A stretch of DNA of 32,000 nt. Origin: Nanobdellota archaeon (GTDB lineage Archaea > Nanobdellota > Nanobdellia > Pacearchaeales > GW2011-AR1). Below are positions 1 through 8,949 of this stretch, one piece after another. Every line of letters starts with the position of its first letter. Positions within the stretch are counted from its first letter, which is position 1. The position numbers were made by a program, and so were the translations under genes. The notes under the pieces are model-generated. The model was not told where the DNA came from, ran no database searches, and saw nothing but the letters and a program-made list of their open reading frames with translations. The stretch covers positions 1,608 to 33,607 of the forward strand of contig JAHIRT010000075.1 of the NCBI GenBank assembly GCA_018818285.1, in the 5' to 3' direction.

Positions 1-484
1 TTTTTACTTCATTTGAAATTAATGGGGCATGTCCTGGACAGGGTATATCTACAGCGATGCTTAATACAGATGCTCCTGTAATTTCTGCTGCAGAAACATT
101 GCCAGTTATATTTGCAATATATGGGAATACAAAAATGAAAAGAATCAAATTAATCCCAACTGTTGAACCATACATTATTGATAAATATCTTTTTTTTCTT
201 TTGATTCCTTCTAAAGATAAGGATTTATTTTTTCTTAAATATAAAAAAGAAGAGATAGTTGCAAAACCAACTGAAATTAAAATTAAATAATGAAATATAT
301 ATCTATTCATTAAAAGAGGCCTGAAAAACTGAATTAGGATTGTTGAACTAAGGATTGTTGCAATTATAAACATAATGCATCCTGTATGTGGGATTAAACC
401 ATAGGCAATCCCCATAAGAGGATTATTTCCTTTGTATTCTTTTTTTTGTTTGCAACAGTCAGAGAGGTTCTCATTATTTTCCAT
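1..484 (-). CDS. Partial polytopic membrane protein with cysteine motifs; C-terminus lies beyond the window start. Possible metal/thiol-handling protein.
   Basis: My own minus-strand translation from ATG (484..482) is stop-free down to position 2: 161 codons, MENNENLSDCCKQKK...GLIPHTGCIMFIIATIL...AVDIPCPGHAPLISNEVK. It is absent from the ORF track only because it has no stop in the window. Several hydrophobic TM stretches. The CC, HTGC and CPGH motifs are HMA/MerT-like only by pattern. Confidence 0.6.
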   Translation of the reverse strand, partial: MENNENLSDCCKQKKEYKGNNPLMGIAYGLIPHTGCIMFIIATILSSTILIQFFRPLLMNRYIFHYLILISVGFATISSFLYLRKNKSLSLEGIKRKKRYLSIMYGSTVGINLILFIFVFPYIANITGNVSAAEITGASVLSIAVDIPCPGHAPLISNEVK

Positions 485-533
485 AAGAATTTATAGAAAT
501 AGATTGTTTATATTAGCTTTGATGAAACTAGTT

Positions 534-1028
534 TCAGTTCTTAAGAATAACTATATTATTCATTCCTCTTCTTTTTCTTTCTATAAGCTGTTTAGCTTCG
601 AGTTTATCAAGTAAACGAGTTGTTTTTACTTTTCCAATTTCAAGTTTTTCCATTAAGTCTGCCTGGAACATACCACCTCTTTCTTCTAAAATAAGTTTCA
701 TAATTTTTTTCTCATCTTTATCTAAGTTAGTTAAATCAATTTTTTTCTTTTTATCCTTTATTGTTTTGATTACAATTTTCTCCTCAGATTTAGAAAAAAT
801 TAAAAATAAACCAATTATAAATACAAGCCAAGCAATAGCTAAACTAATCCCTGTTTGAATTGAAATTGTTCCGTACATAGAACATTCAGAGCCATGAGTA
901 CAAGTTTGTGTAACAATTTTTTTTAAACCTAGATTAAATATAAGTACAATTGTAATAATAATCAGAGACATTCCGAGAATTAAAAATCCGACATTTTTAT
1001 TTTGCATAAAATTATAACGAAGAACCAT
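534..1028 (-). CDS. Membrane-anchored winged-helix (MarR/ArsR-like) DNA-binding protein
   Basis: 164 aa. Two N-terminal TM helices flank a CTHGSEC loop. The C-terminal part, KIMKLILEERGGMFQADLMEKLEIGKVKTTRLLDKLEAKQLIERKRRG, is typical wHTH. Confidence 0.7.
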   Translation of the reverse strand: MVLRYNFMQNKNVGFLILGMSLIIITIVLIFNLGLKKIVTQTCTHGSECSMYGTISIQTGISLAIAWLVFIIGLFLIFSKSEEKIVIKTIKDKKKKIDLTNLDKDEKKIMKLILEERGGMFQADLMEKLEIGKVKTTRLLDKLEAKQLIERKRRGMNNIVILKN

Positions 1029-1074
1029 TTAAAAATTTATAGATTCTATATTTTTAATTAATTTATAAAACTCA

Positions 1075-1099
1075 GCGAGTAGGATTCAAATGGAAAATT
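1075..1099 (-). other. 3' half of the pre-23S rRNA processing stem
   Basis: gcgagtaggattc (1075..1087) and atggaaaatt (1090..1099) are perfect reverse complements of 4706..4718 and 4673..4682. They bracket the whole 23S gene, as in archaeal pre-rRNA processing helices. Confidence 0.75.
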
Positions 1100-2033
1100 A
1101 TTGAGGCTTTTAGTAGTTGCGGGCTGAAATTCTCGCCGAAGCTTGAATCTTACACCCCAACTCTATTAACGTCATGTTCTTTGACGGCCTTTGTTGTCTC
1201 GTTTTGCGGATGACTTCGAGCTTAGATGCTTTCAGCTCTTATCCATTAAAGCGTAGCTGCCCGGCATGCTTGTAACAACCGGTAGACCAGAGGCTTCCAA
1301 GCCTAGTTCCTCTCGTACTATAAGCTTGTTCCACTCAAACAACAACACACCTAGTAGATATCATACAAACTGTCTCACGACGTTCTTAACCCAGCTAACG
1401 ATTCCTTTTAATATGTGAACTCCAGCACCCTTGGATGCTTGTGCACATCCAGGATAGGAAGAGCCGACAGCGATGTACCAAACCGCGCCGTCAATGTGGA
1501 CTATCGGGCGCGACGAGCCTGTTATCCTTGAGGTACCTTTTCTGTCATCAACCTGACCTATCAAAAATCATGGTTGGTTCGCTGAGCCAATCTTTCAATC
1601 CTGCTTTTCGTGCTTTTTGAAAAACAGTCAGACAAGCTTTTGCCTCTGCACTCTACTCCAGGTTTCCAAGCTGGATGAGCTTGTCTTTGGGCCCTACAGA
1701 TACATTTTCTGCAGGGTGCCGCCCCAGCCAAACTGCCCGCCTGTTGCTGTTCTTTTACAAGTTAGCGACTCCACAAAAGATAGGTAGTATTACAATTTTG
1801 CTCAGTTTCGACCGAAATCTAACTTCGACGCTCCTACCTATTCTGTGTATCTTCGGTAAAGCCACAACAACAAGTTGCAGTAAAGGTCTACAAGGTCTTA
1901 GCTTCCCACTAGGCGTATCCGGCATTTTCACCGAAAAGTGCTTTCAGAAGGTTCTAGTTAGGGACACTGACTACCTCGTTAAACCGTTCATGCACGTCGC
2001 CATTCAGACGACAAGGCATTACGCTACCTTAAG

Positions 2034-2791
2034 CAAATTGTTACTTTCATTCTTTGAAAGAATTACTAACCATCATTTGATGGCGGACTTATGCGAATAA
2101 GTCTCTATATGTCTCCACATAGTTCGGACTGTATCATCATAATTTACAATTTAGATTATGTTTGGCGTACAGTCTCTGAGGATCCCATTGATTTTAATAC
2201 CTCATCAAGTTTATACCTTCTTTGTTTTCCTCCACCATTCATTGTAAATACTTTTTTTAAAAGTCTTATGAATTCTTTTTTATTTGCATGTTTATGTTGA
2301 TCTAATTCTTTAACAACATCTGCAAATATTTCAAAATCTTTTTTCTTAGTTATTAAAGGATATTTTTTAAAAAAAGGTATAATTTTATCTACAAGGTCTC
2401 TTCTACTTTGAACAACAAATTGCATAGTATTTGGTTGACCATATTTTTTTATTATCATTCCACATTCAAACATTCTTTGAAGTGAATATAATATTTCTTT
2501 ATTCACAGAATGTTGAGTGACATGAAATATAGGGTCTAAAACCCATCTTACCTTAGCAGATTTTTGATTTTTTAGAGCAATGCAAAAGCATCCTTCTCCA
2601 TCAATAAATCCTATAAGATAATAAATTAGTTGCTCTTTATTCATGACCTCTTGTAGATGGTTAAATATTTAAATCTTTGGTTTCCTGCGGATTGTCCTTA
2701 TTTATTGAATTTTTACTATCGATAAAGATTAGTATCAATAACTTAACAGGAGTTTCCCGCATACAGCCAAATTTAAATACCCCCTAAATTG
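2034..2791 (-). mobile_element. Group I intron in 23S rRNA at the U1923/C1924-equivalent (I-CeuI-type) site, carrying a LAGLIDADG homing endonuclease gene
   Basis: Exons rejoin as GTAACTATGACCCT|CTTAAGGTAGCG. P1 pairs exon ACCCU with intron GGGGU (2779..2783), giving U.G at the splice site. Core elements: P-like UAUGCGGGAAAC (2752..2762), Q-like AAUCCGCAGG (2684..2693), R-like UCAGAGACUGUA (2168..2179), S-like GAUACAGUCC (2126..2135). P3 is TTGGC/GCCAA (2766..2770 with 2162..2166). P8 hairpin is 2138..2160. The intron ends in G (2034). Confidence 0.8.
2156..2644 (-). CDS. Single-motif LAGLIDADG homing endonuclease (intron-encoded)
   Basis: 162 aa with the N-terminal motif YYLIGFIDGEGCFCI. 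The size fits homodimeric I-CreI/I-CeuI-class enzymes. It lies between the Q and R elements (P6 region), and its last codons overlap R and P3'. Confidence 0.85.
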   Translation of the reverse strand: MNKEQLIYYLIGFIDGEGCFCIALKNQKSAKVRWVLDPIFHVTQHSVNKEILYSLQRMFECGMIIKKYGQPNTMQFVVQSRRDLVDKIIPFFKKYPLITKKKDFEIFADVVKELDQHKHANKKEFIRLLKKVFTMNGGGKQRRYKLDEVLKSMGSSETVRQT

Positions 2792-4672
2792 AGGGTCATA
2801 GTTACCCCCGCCGTTTAATGGACCTTAGCTGCCTTGAAAGGCAATTTTAGACACCACCACTGGGCAGGTCTCACCGAGTATACAAAGCTTTTCAGCTTAG
2901 CACTCAGCTATGTTTTTGATAAACAGTCGGGCAGTCCTTGTTACTGAGATCTACACTTGCCAATATATTTCAAAAAACAAGTATAGACACCCCTTATACC
3001 GAAGCCACGGGGCTAAATTGCCGAATTCCCTTAACTAGTTTCACCTTACACGTCTTAGCTTTTTAAGCTAGGGCACCTGTGTTGGTTCTAGGTACAGCTA
3101 ATTTATATCTATCCTAAGATTTTTCACAGGCTCTAAGAATCAACAAACTTTCGCAAAATAAATTTACTTGTATCTTAGCATTACGCTTCTCAAGTTTCTC
3201 TATTCAGATTGTTTTCACAACTTTGCTTATCTTAAAGCATTCTTAGGAATCAAACAACATAAATCAGTATAGGAATATTAACCTATTGTCCTTTCGTTAT
3301 ATTCATTTAAGGTATAACTTAGGAGCTGACTAACCCTCGGTTAATTGATATTGCCGAGGAAACCGCGCCCTTTCGACGTTTTCCGGTTCTCAGGAAAATT
3401 TGATCTTACTCTCACCAGGATTTGCATTTCTTTTTGCTCCACACTTTTTCTCAAAAATGCTTCTGTGCAAAAAAAACGCCTGTCTACTAGACTATCTTTC
3501 TAGATAGCTCTATGGTATCGGTACCATGTTTAGCCCTGTCAATTTTCTCCGCCAAGAACCTCAATACGTGAGCTGTTACGCTTTCTTTAAAGGATGGCTG
3601 CTTCTAAGCCTACCTCCCTACTGTCTCAGGTTCTCGACAAGATTCGATACACTTAACATGGATTTTGGGACCTTAACCATAGTCTCCGTTGTTCAGGTCT
3701 CGGAATAGCATCTTACACACTATCCCTGATTCTTATTTTATGCAGAATACAAGTTCTGAGTTGGAAGAGGTCCCGTAGTCATTTGACTCTGCAGATCTGA
3801 TCCGTACTTTACCTCATATTCAAACAAAATAAGACTATACTTAGGCATATTTCGACAGGAACCAGCCATCGCCAGATTAGATTGGCTTTTCACCCCTAAT
3901 CCCGAGTCATCCAAGTGCATGCACACAACAGCGGTTCAGGCCTCCATTTTCCTTTCGGAAAACTTCGCCTTGCTCAGGATTAGATCATCTGGCTTCGGGT
4001 CTTGCCCATATGACTATCGCCCTTTCAGACTTGCTTTCGCTAAGGCTTCGCTAAATGCTTAACCTCGCCATATAAACAAACTCCCTGGCCCGTTCTTCAA
4101 AACGTACGTTACAACTGCGTCCTTCTATAAAGAAGTGCAGCAGTAACAAAATGTAACTGTTAGATTTCAAGTCTTTTAACCCCCTATCAAGGGTACTTTT
4201 CAGCTTTCCCTCGCGGTACTATTGCGCTATCGGACTTGAGCTAATGTTTAGGGTTAGCAGTTAATCCTGCTATTTTCATACCTCCAATCCAGGAGGCACT
4301 ACTCTTTTGAAGAGCAGCATATCAAGTTTGTCTACGAGGCTTTCACTCTCTAAGGCTTCTCTTTCCAGAGAAATTCAACTCCTTGACTTAGCTACTTATC
4401 TTCACCACATCTCTTTTCTCTTTTCAGATAAAGATTCGGTTTGCCCTCTGCCCTTTTCGCTCGCTGCTATTAAGGGCATCACATGTTGTTTTCTTTTCCT
4501 GCCGGTACTAAGATGTTTCAATTCCCGGCGTAGATTTACTTCTCAGTATTAATACTGTTGCCAGATTAGGAAATTTTGGGTTCAAAGATTGCATGCATCT
4601 CACCCAAACTTATCGCAGCTTGCCACGTCCTTCATCACAGCTCAAACCAAGCTATTCATCTAACAGCTTAAA

Positions 4673-4718
4673 AATTTTCCATGAAACTAATATTTCTTTT
4701 ATGCCGAATCCTACTCGC
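4673..4718 (-). other. 5' half of the pre-23S rRNA processing stem
   Basis: aattttccat (4673..4682) and gaatcctactcgc (4706..4718) are perfect complements of 1090..1099 and 1075..1087. A 23-nt asymmetric internal loop lies on this side. Confidence 0.75.
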
Positions 4719-4842
4719 TTCATTGAACATTCTACCTTAAGTTAAACTCAAGGTTAATTATCTTAGCTCCCCCCGTGAAATTTTCTCGAGGTTCATATGC
4801 TTATATTTTAAGTCCGAGGACTTTCACTGATGTGAATATGAA

Positions 4843-5037
4843 TTACTTAACTAATTCTGATAATCTTTTTGCTAATCTTTCCCCACTACCCCTAACCAAA
4901 GATACACCACCTCTTATTAATCTTGTAGCTTGACTTATAGTTTTTTCTATATATTTTATCCTTTGGATTCTGGGCCCTTTCATATTTATTACTGCAATTA
5001 CTTCTCCATCTTCTGGTATGTATACTTCATATGGCAT
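4843..5037 (-). CDS. Hypothetical 64-aa basic protein encoded inside the tRNA-Ala/23S spacer
   Basis: ATG-initiated ORF (MPYEVYIPEDGEVIAVINMKGPRIQ...). Its AT-rich, coding-like composition differs from the flanking rRNA. A TATA-like tataatttat (5051..5060) lies just upstream. I recognise no family. Confidence 0.4.
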   Translation of the reverse strand: MPYEVYIPEDGEVIAVINMKGPRIQRIKYIEKTISQATRLIRGGVSLVRGSGERLAKRLSELVK

Positions 5038-5162
5038 TTTCTAATTTCTCTATAATTTATTTAATCACTTCTTATTTTTATTTTTTATCCATGAGAAAAG
5101 GTTTGTCCTCATGAACCTATCGAAAATCAAAGATTTTCGAAGACTCCATTTTCGTAAGAAAA

Positions 5163-5233
5163 TGGACCTGCCGGGAGTCGAACCCGGGACACCTCCGTGC
5201 AAGGGAGGAATTTTACCATTAGACTACAGGCCC
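5163..5233 (-). tRNA. tRNA-Ala (anticodon UGC), no encoded CCA
   Basis: The reverse complement is GGGCCTGTAGTCTAATGGTAAAATTCCTCCCTTGCACGGAGGTGTCCCGGGTTCGACTCCCGGCAGGTCCA. It folds as a cloverleaf with the G3.U70 Ala identity pair, anticodon loop CTTGCAC and T-loop GGTTCGACTCC. Confidence 0.95.
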
Positions 5234-5281
5234 TTAAAAAAAGAACCAGAGTCAGTTTTTAAATTTTAGCATTATAAAATT

Positions 5282-5294
5282 GTATGTAAGACTC
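5282..5294 (-). other. 3' half of the pre-16S rRNA processing stem
   Basis: gtatgtaagactc (5282..5294) is the perfect reverse complement of gagtcttacatac (6858..6870). The two halves bracket the 16S gene. Confidence 0.7.
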
Positions 5295-5321
5295 ATCCGT
5301 TTAATCTATAAATAAATTTAT

Positions 5322-6776
5322 AGGAGGTGATCCCACTGCAGGTTCCCCTACAGTGACCTTGTGTCGACTTAACCTACCTTGTCTTACAAAGGCTCGTTCT
5401 CGAAAGACCTCGCCAACGCAAAACTCGGTTGGTTTGACGGGCAGTGTGTGCAAGGAACAGGGACATATTCACCGTTCGCTGCTAACAAACGATTACTACA
5501 AATTCCAGCGTCACGAGGCTGAGTTTCAAGCCTCGATCTGAACTAGGCTACATTTTAGGAGATTAGCTTCTCTTTTCAGAGTCGCATCCCATTGGATGTA
5601 GCATTGCCGCGCGCGTGTCGCCCAGGGCATTCGGGCAGTACTCACCTAACGTAGCCCGCACCTTCCTCCTGCTTACGCAGGCAGTCTGTATAGAGTGCCT
5701 CTTCATCAGATAGCAACTATACACACGGGTCTCGCCTGTTACCTGATTTAACAGGTCATCTCACGACACAGGCTGAAGTCGGCCATGCAACTCCTCTCAG
5801 CATGTCAGGTAAGCCCTTCAGACTGACCTTCATTCTGCTATCGGTCCTGGTGAGGTTCACGGTGTGGAATCTAATTGAACCGCACGCGTCACTTGTTGTA
5901 GTGCTCCCCCGCCAATTCCTTTAAGTTTCGGCCTTGCGACTATACTTCCCAGGTAGCGCACTCTTCGGCTTCCCTACAGCACCAATACCTCTCGAAGAGG
6001 TACTGATGTTTAGTGCGCAGTGTTTACTGCTAGGACTACACGGGTATCTAATCCGTTTTGCGCCCCTAGCCTTCATCCCTCACTGTCAGATCCGTATTTG
6101 TGAGATGCCTTCGCTGTTGTTAGTCCAATCAAGATCAACGTATTTTACCACTACCTTGACCGTACTTCTCACATCCTCCGGTCTCTAGCAACACAGTATC
6201 TCTTGCTCGCCCTATCCTTAAGAGATAGGATTTCACAAAAGACTTATGAAGCAAGCTACAGATGTTTTAGACCCAATAATTATGGCTACAACTTGGACCG
6301 CTGGTATTACCGCGGCGGCTGGCACCAGTCTTTCCCAGTCCTTATTCTCCAACTTTTTTACAGTTGGCAAAAGTTTCTCAAATAGAGAAACACTCTGGTT
6401 CGCTTTGTCACGCTTTCGCGCATTGCAAAAGATCCTTGATTGCTGCACCCCGTAGGGCTAGGAATAGTGTCTCAGATTCCTTCTCAGGGCTTCTCCGCTA
6501 AGAGCCCTTATGGATAATTGGCTTGTTAGTCTTTTACACCAACAACAACCTAATCCACCGCAGTCCCATCTTTAGGCATAATTTTCAGAGATAATTCCTT
6601 CCAGAATTTATCTCCTGCCAGATATTACTCTCAGTTTCCCGAGGATATCTCTGACCTAAAGTTAGGTTAACTACGTGTTACTGAGCAGTTCGCCTTGCTC
6701 CTATTTCTAAGAACAAAAACTTGCATACCTAAGTACAAACCAGATAGCTGTAACCTCCAGCAGGATAAACTGGATT
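5322..6776 (-). rRNA. rrs: 16S (SSU) rRNA, archaeal type, about 1455 nt
   Basis: Reverse-complement 5' end is AATCCAGTTTATCCTGCTGGAGG; 3' end is GGATCACCTCCT. Internal GGTGCCAGCCGCCGCGGTAATACC and AAACTTAAAGGAATTGGCGGGGGAGCAC are present. Confidence 0.95.
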
Positions 6777-6857
6777 TTATCCTTTTATGGATGCAAAGCT
6801 TAACCTCTGTTTGACGGTCTAGCAATATCTAAAATAAAAATAGAAATTACTAGAATA

Positions 6858-6870
6858 GAGTCTTACATAC
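6858..6870 (-). other. 5' half of the pre-16S rRNA processing stem
   Basis: Perfect 13-nt complement of 5282..5294 (14 bp if 5281/6871 are included). Confidence 0.7.
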
Positions 6871-6956
6871 ATCATACCTTAAAAATACATAAGGCACTCA
6901 TTCTAGTTTGAAACATTTTAATAAAATTTCTCACTTTATGTTTATTTTATAGAAAT

Positions 6957-6974
6957 TTGGTTTATAAATGTTTT
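6957..6974 (-). promoter_or_regulatory. Candidate BRE/TATA promoter of the rRNA operon
   Basis: Minus-strand aaaacatttataaacc matches the window-wide RAAAnTTTATAAA promoter pattern. It lies about 90 nt upstream of the 16S processing stem. Confidence 0.35.
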
Positions 6975-7032
6975 GGAAAATTTTACGTCGGAAGATATTT
7001 GAAAATATAGTTTAAATTATAATACAAAAATT

Positions 7033-7899
7033 TCACTCTGTCTCAACAAAATCCTCTAACTTCACTTCCTTTTTTATTTTCTTTGACTTGAGATATTCTC
7101 TTGCAATTATATATAAAATCAAACCCAAAGATTTAGAAGATTTATTATTGCATGGAACAAAAAAATCTGCATCAAATGCATAATTGTTTGTATCGCACAA
7201 TGCAAAAATTTTTTTCTTTATTTTTTTTCCGTCCCTCATAGCATTTCTGTCAATCCATGGATCGCAAACTAAAATCATATCTGTTTCAAAAAAATTAGGC
7301 AAGGTTATATTTGTTAATATTCCTGCAGGATATTTTTTTGTGAATACTCTGACACCAGTTAATTCTGAAAATTTTTCAACTGCTTTCCATCCAGCTTCTC
7401 TTTTGCAAACCAAAATAAAATTTTCAGGCTCAAATTTTTCAACAAGTTTTATCAGTTCTTTTAATTTTTCATCAGTAAAATTTATATCAAGTATTGCTAT
7501 GCCATCATTTCTTCTTCTATAAACATATTTTCTCATGTGAGGAGTAATAACTTTAGTTCCAATATGCGCTCCGACTTTAATGTAGTCTTCAATAGGAACA
7601 AGTGTTTTTCTTGATGCTTCTAATTTTTCTTTTATTTCTTCTGTTTCAACCCTGCCCTCAATTTTTTCAGCAAGTTTTTTTGCTTTTTCTAATAATTCTT
7701 TTTTGCTTATTTTTTTAATAGGTATATCTTTTTTAATTTCATCAGTTTTTCTTTTTTTCTCTTTTTTTGTGATTTTTTTTACACTTTCTTCAATAAATTT
7801 CTCTGTTTTTTCTTTAATTTTTTTAATAGATTTTTCTATAGTTTCCCCTATTTTTTCAGGGATAATTTCCATAACTTTTTCATTTTTTTCCTTAAGCAT
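7033..7899 (-). CDS. rps2: 30S ribosomal protein uS2 with a K/E-rich N-terminal extension of about 95 aa
   Basis: The C-terminal 190 aa (YIKVGAHIGTKVITPHMRKYVYRRRNDGIAILDI...CKREAGWKAV...YPAGILTN...LVCDP) is the archaeal S2 pattern. The N-terminus is low-complexity KKEK repeats. Confidence 0.9.
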   Translation of the reverse strand: MLKEKNEKVMEIIPEKIGETIEKSIKKIKEKTEKFIEESVKKITKKEKKRKTDEIKKDIPIKKISKKELLEKAKKLAEKIEGRVETEEIKEKLEASRKTLVPIEDYIKVGAHIGTKVITPHMRKYVYRRRNDGIAILDINFTDEKLKELIKLVEKFEPENFILVCKREAGWKAVEKFSELTGVRVFTKKYPAGILTNITLPNFFETDMILVCDPWIDRNAMRDGKKIKKKIFALCDTNNYAFDADFFVPCNNKSSKSLGLILYIIAREYLKSKKIKKEVKLEDFVETE

Positions 7900-7999
7900 T
7901 TTAAAATAATTAGTGCAGGAGTCATAAGCTACTCATCTTCAAAAGATTTTTGCACCTGCTAATTTGATTAGATGACAAAGAAATTTAGAGTTTATAAAT

Positions 8000-8512
8000 T
8001 TACTGATTTGGATTTTTAAATAGATTCTTAAAAAAACCAACAATTTTTTCAAACAATGAAATTTTTTGTCTTTCACTAAAAACAAGTTCCGGTTCTTCTT
8101 GAGTTTGGTTTTCTTTAGTTTCTATTGTTTTATTTTCTGTTTCTATTTTTTTCTTAGAATCTTCTTTTAAACAAGCCCCATCATTACATCCATATCTGCA
8201 TAAACTTGAACTTTCTTGAACAAGATTTTTGAAACCACAATAATATTCTTTAACACTGCATCCAAAACCCTTCCCACAACCTGTGATATTTGAGTCAGTT
8301 CTATTATAACAATAATCAGCATATTCTTTTTCTTCTTCAAGAAGCCCTGATTTTCCAATTACACTTCCTTTTGTATAATAACCTAATCTTTCATCACTAT
8401 CTACACAACTAATTTCCTGAACTGTGTTGCCAGTTAAGGTTTTCCAATTTCCATAAATAAAAGAAAATAAAATTATTATTAATAAAATTCCTATTATCAC
8501 CTTTTTTTTCAT
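8000..8512 (-). CDS. Secreted or membrane-anchored cysteine-rich protein, unknown function
   Basis: N-terminal signal/TM MKKKVIIGILLIIILFSFIYG, then about 10 Cys in a 90-aa module (CVDSD...CYNRT...GCGKGFGCSVKEYYCGF...CRYGCNDGAC). Confidence 0.65.
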   Translation of the reverse strand: MKKKVIIGILLIIILFSFIYGNWKTLTGNTVQEISCVDSDERLGYYTKGSVIGKSGLLEEEKEYADYCYNRTDSNITGCGKGFGCSVKEYYCGFKNLVQESSSLCRYGCNDGACLKEDSKKKIETENKTIETKENQTQEEPELVFSERQKISLFEKIVGFFKNLFKNPNQ

Positions 8513-8661
8513 GATAAATAAAGAATGTTTTTATTTTTAAATTTATCTTAAGTTCTTATTATTATAGTCTTAATTAATATTCTATCAATAAAAATAGGGG
8601 CTTTAATATAGTATAATACAGGATAATATCTAATTATTATACAAATCTTTAAAAATAATCC

Positions 8662-8901
8662 ATGAGTAAAACCAATATGTCAGGAAAATATAATCTTAAA
8701 CCAAGTGATTTTTTGTTTGGTGGTTCATATAGATATGAAAAAAGAACCGGTGCTAACAAGATTCTTTTTGGTCCTGTTATAGAGAAGCATTTTATGGAAA
8801 ATTACATTGCAAATAGAGATTTATTTTTATCGTGTTGCGATATCCTTTGGACTTCAGCAATATTCATGGGGCTTCTTGGATTAGAAAAATTAATTAATTA
8901 A
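8662..8901 (+). CDS. Hypothetical 79-aa protein with a C-terminal hydrophobic segment
   Basis: ATG ORF in an otherwise empty gap between minus-strand genes. No recognisable family and no well-spaced TATA. Confidence 0.3.
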   Translation: MSKTNMSGKYNLKPSDFLFGGSYRYEKRTGANKILFGPVIEKHFMENYIANRDLFLSCCDILWTSAIFMGLLGLEKLIN

Positions 8902-8949
8902 ATTTATTTTCTTTTTTGTTTCATCTATAATACAAACACAACACCCATT

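Larger units (their letters stand above)
1100..4672 (-). rRNA. rrl: 23S (LSU) rRNA, interrupted by one 758-nt intron; ends approximate
   Basis: The reverse complement carries the sarcin-ricin loop AGTACGAGAGGAAC (1306..1319), GGATAACAGGC (1517..1527), the H69-71 region AAGGTAGCGTAATGCCTTGTCG, and the 5' domain GATGAAGGACGTGGCAAGCTGCGATAAG near 4600. The span minus the intron is about 2.8 kb. Confidence 0.95.

Noticed and set aside
57-614. Plus-strand ORFs 57..290 and 432..614.
   Set aside because: 57..290 lies wholly antisense to the stop-free 161-codon minus-strand ORF (1..484). 432..614 is antisense to the 5' end of that ORF and to the 3' end of the 534..1028 gene. Their peptides look like low-complexity shadow translations.
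2033-2790. Interpreting the 23S insertion as a classical archaeal bulge-helix-bulge intron cut by EndA.
   Set aside because: I could not draw a convincing 3-4-3 BHB at the junctions. The P/Q/R/S core, the U.G P1 pair and the terminal G fit a group I intron much better. The C at the boundary leaves a 1-nt positional ambiguity.
1361-6455. Track ORFs inside the rRNA genes: 1361..1564, 1435..1620, 1675..2100, 2091..2300, 3526..3708, 3738..3926, 4307..4552, 5353..5541, 5934..6188, 6203..6385, 6233..6448 and 6246..6455.
   Set aside because: They lie within or antisense to clearly identifiable 23S/16S rRNA sequence. These are chance ORFs in structured RNA genes.
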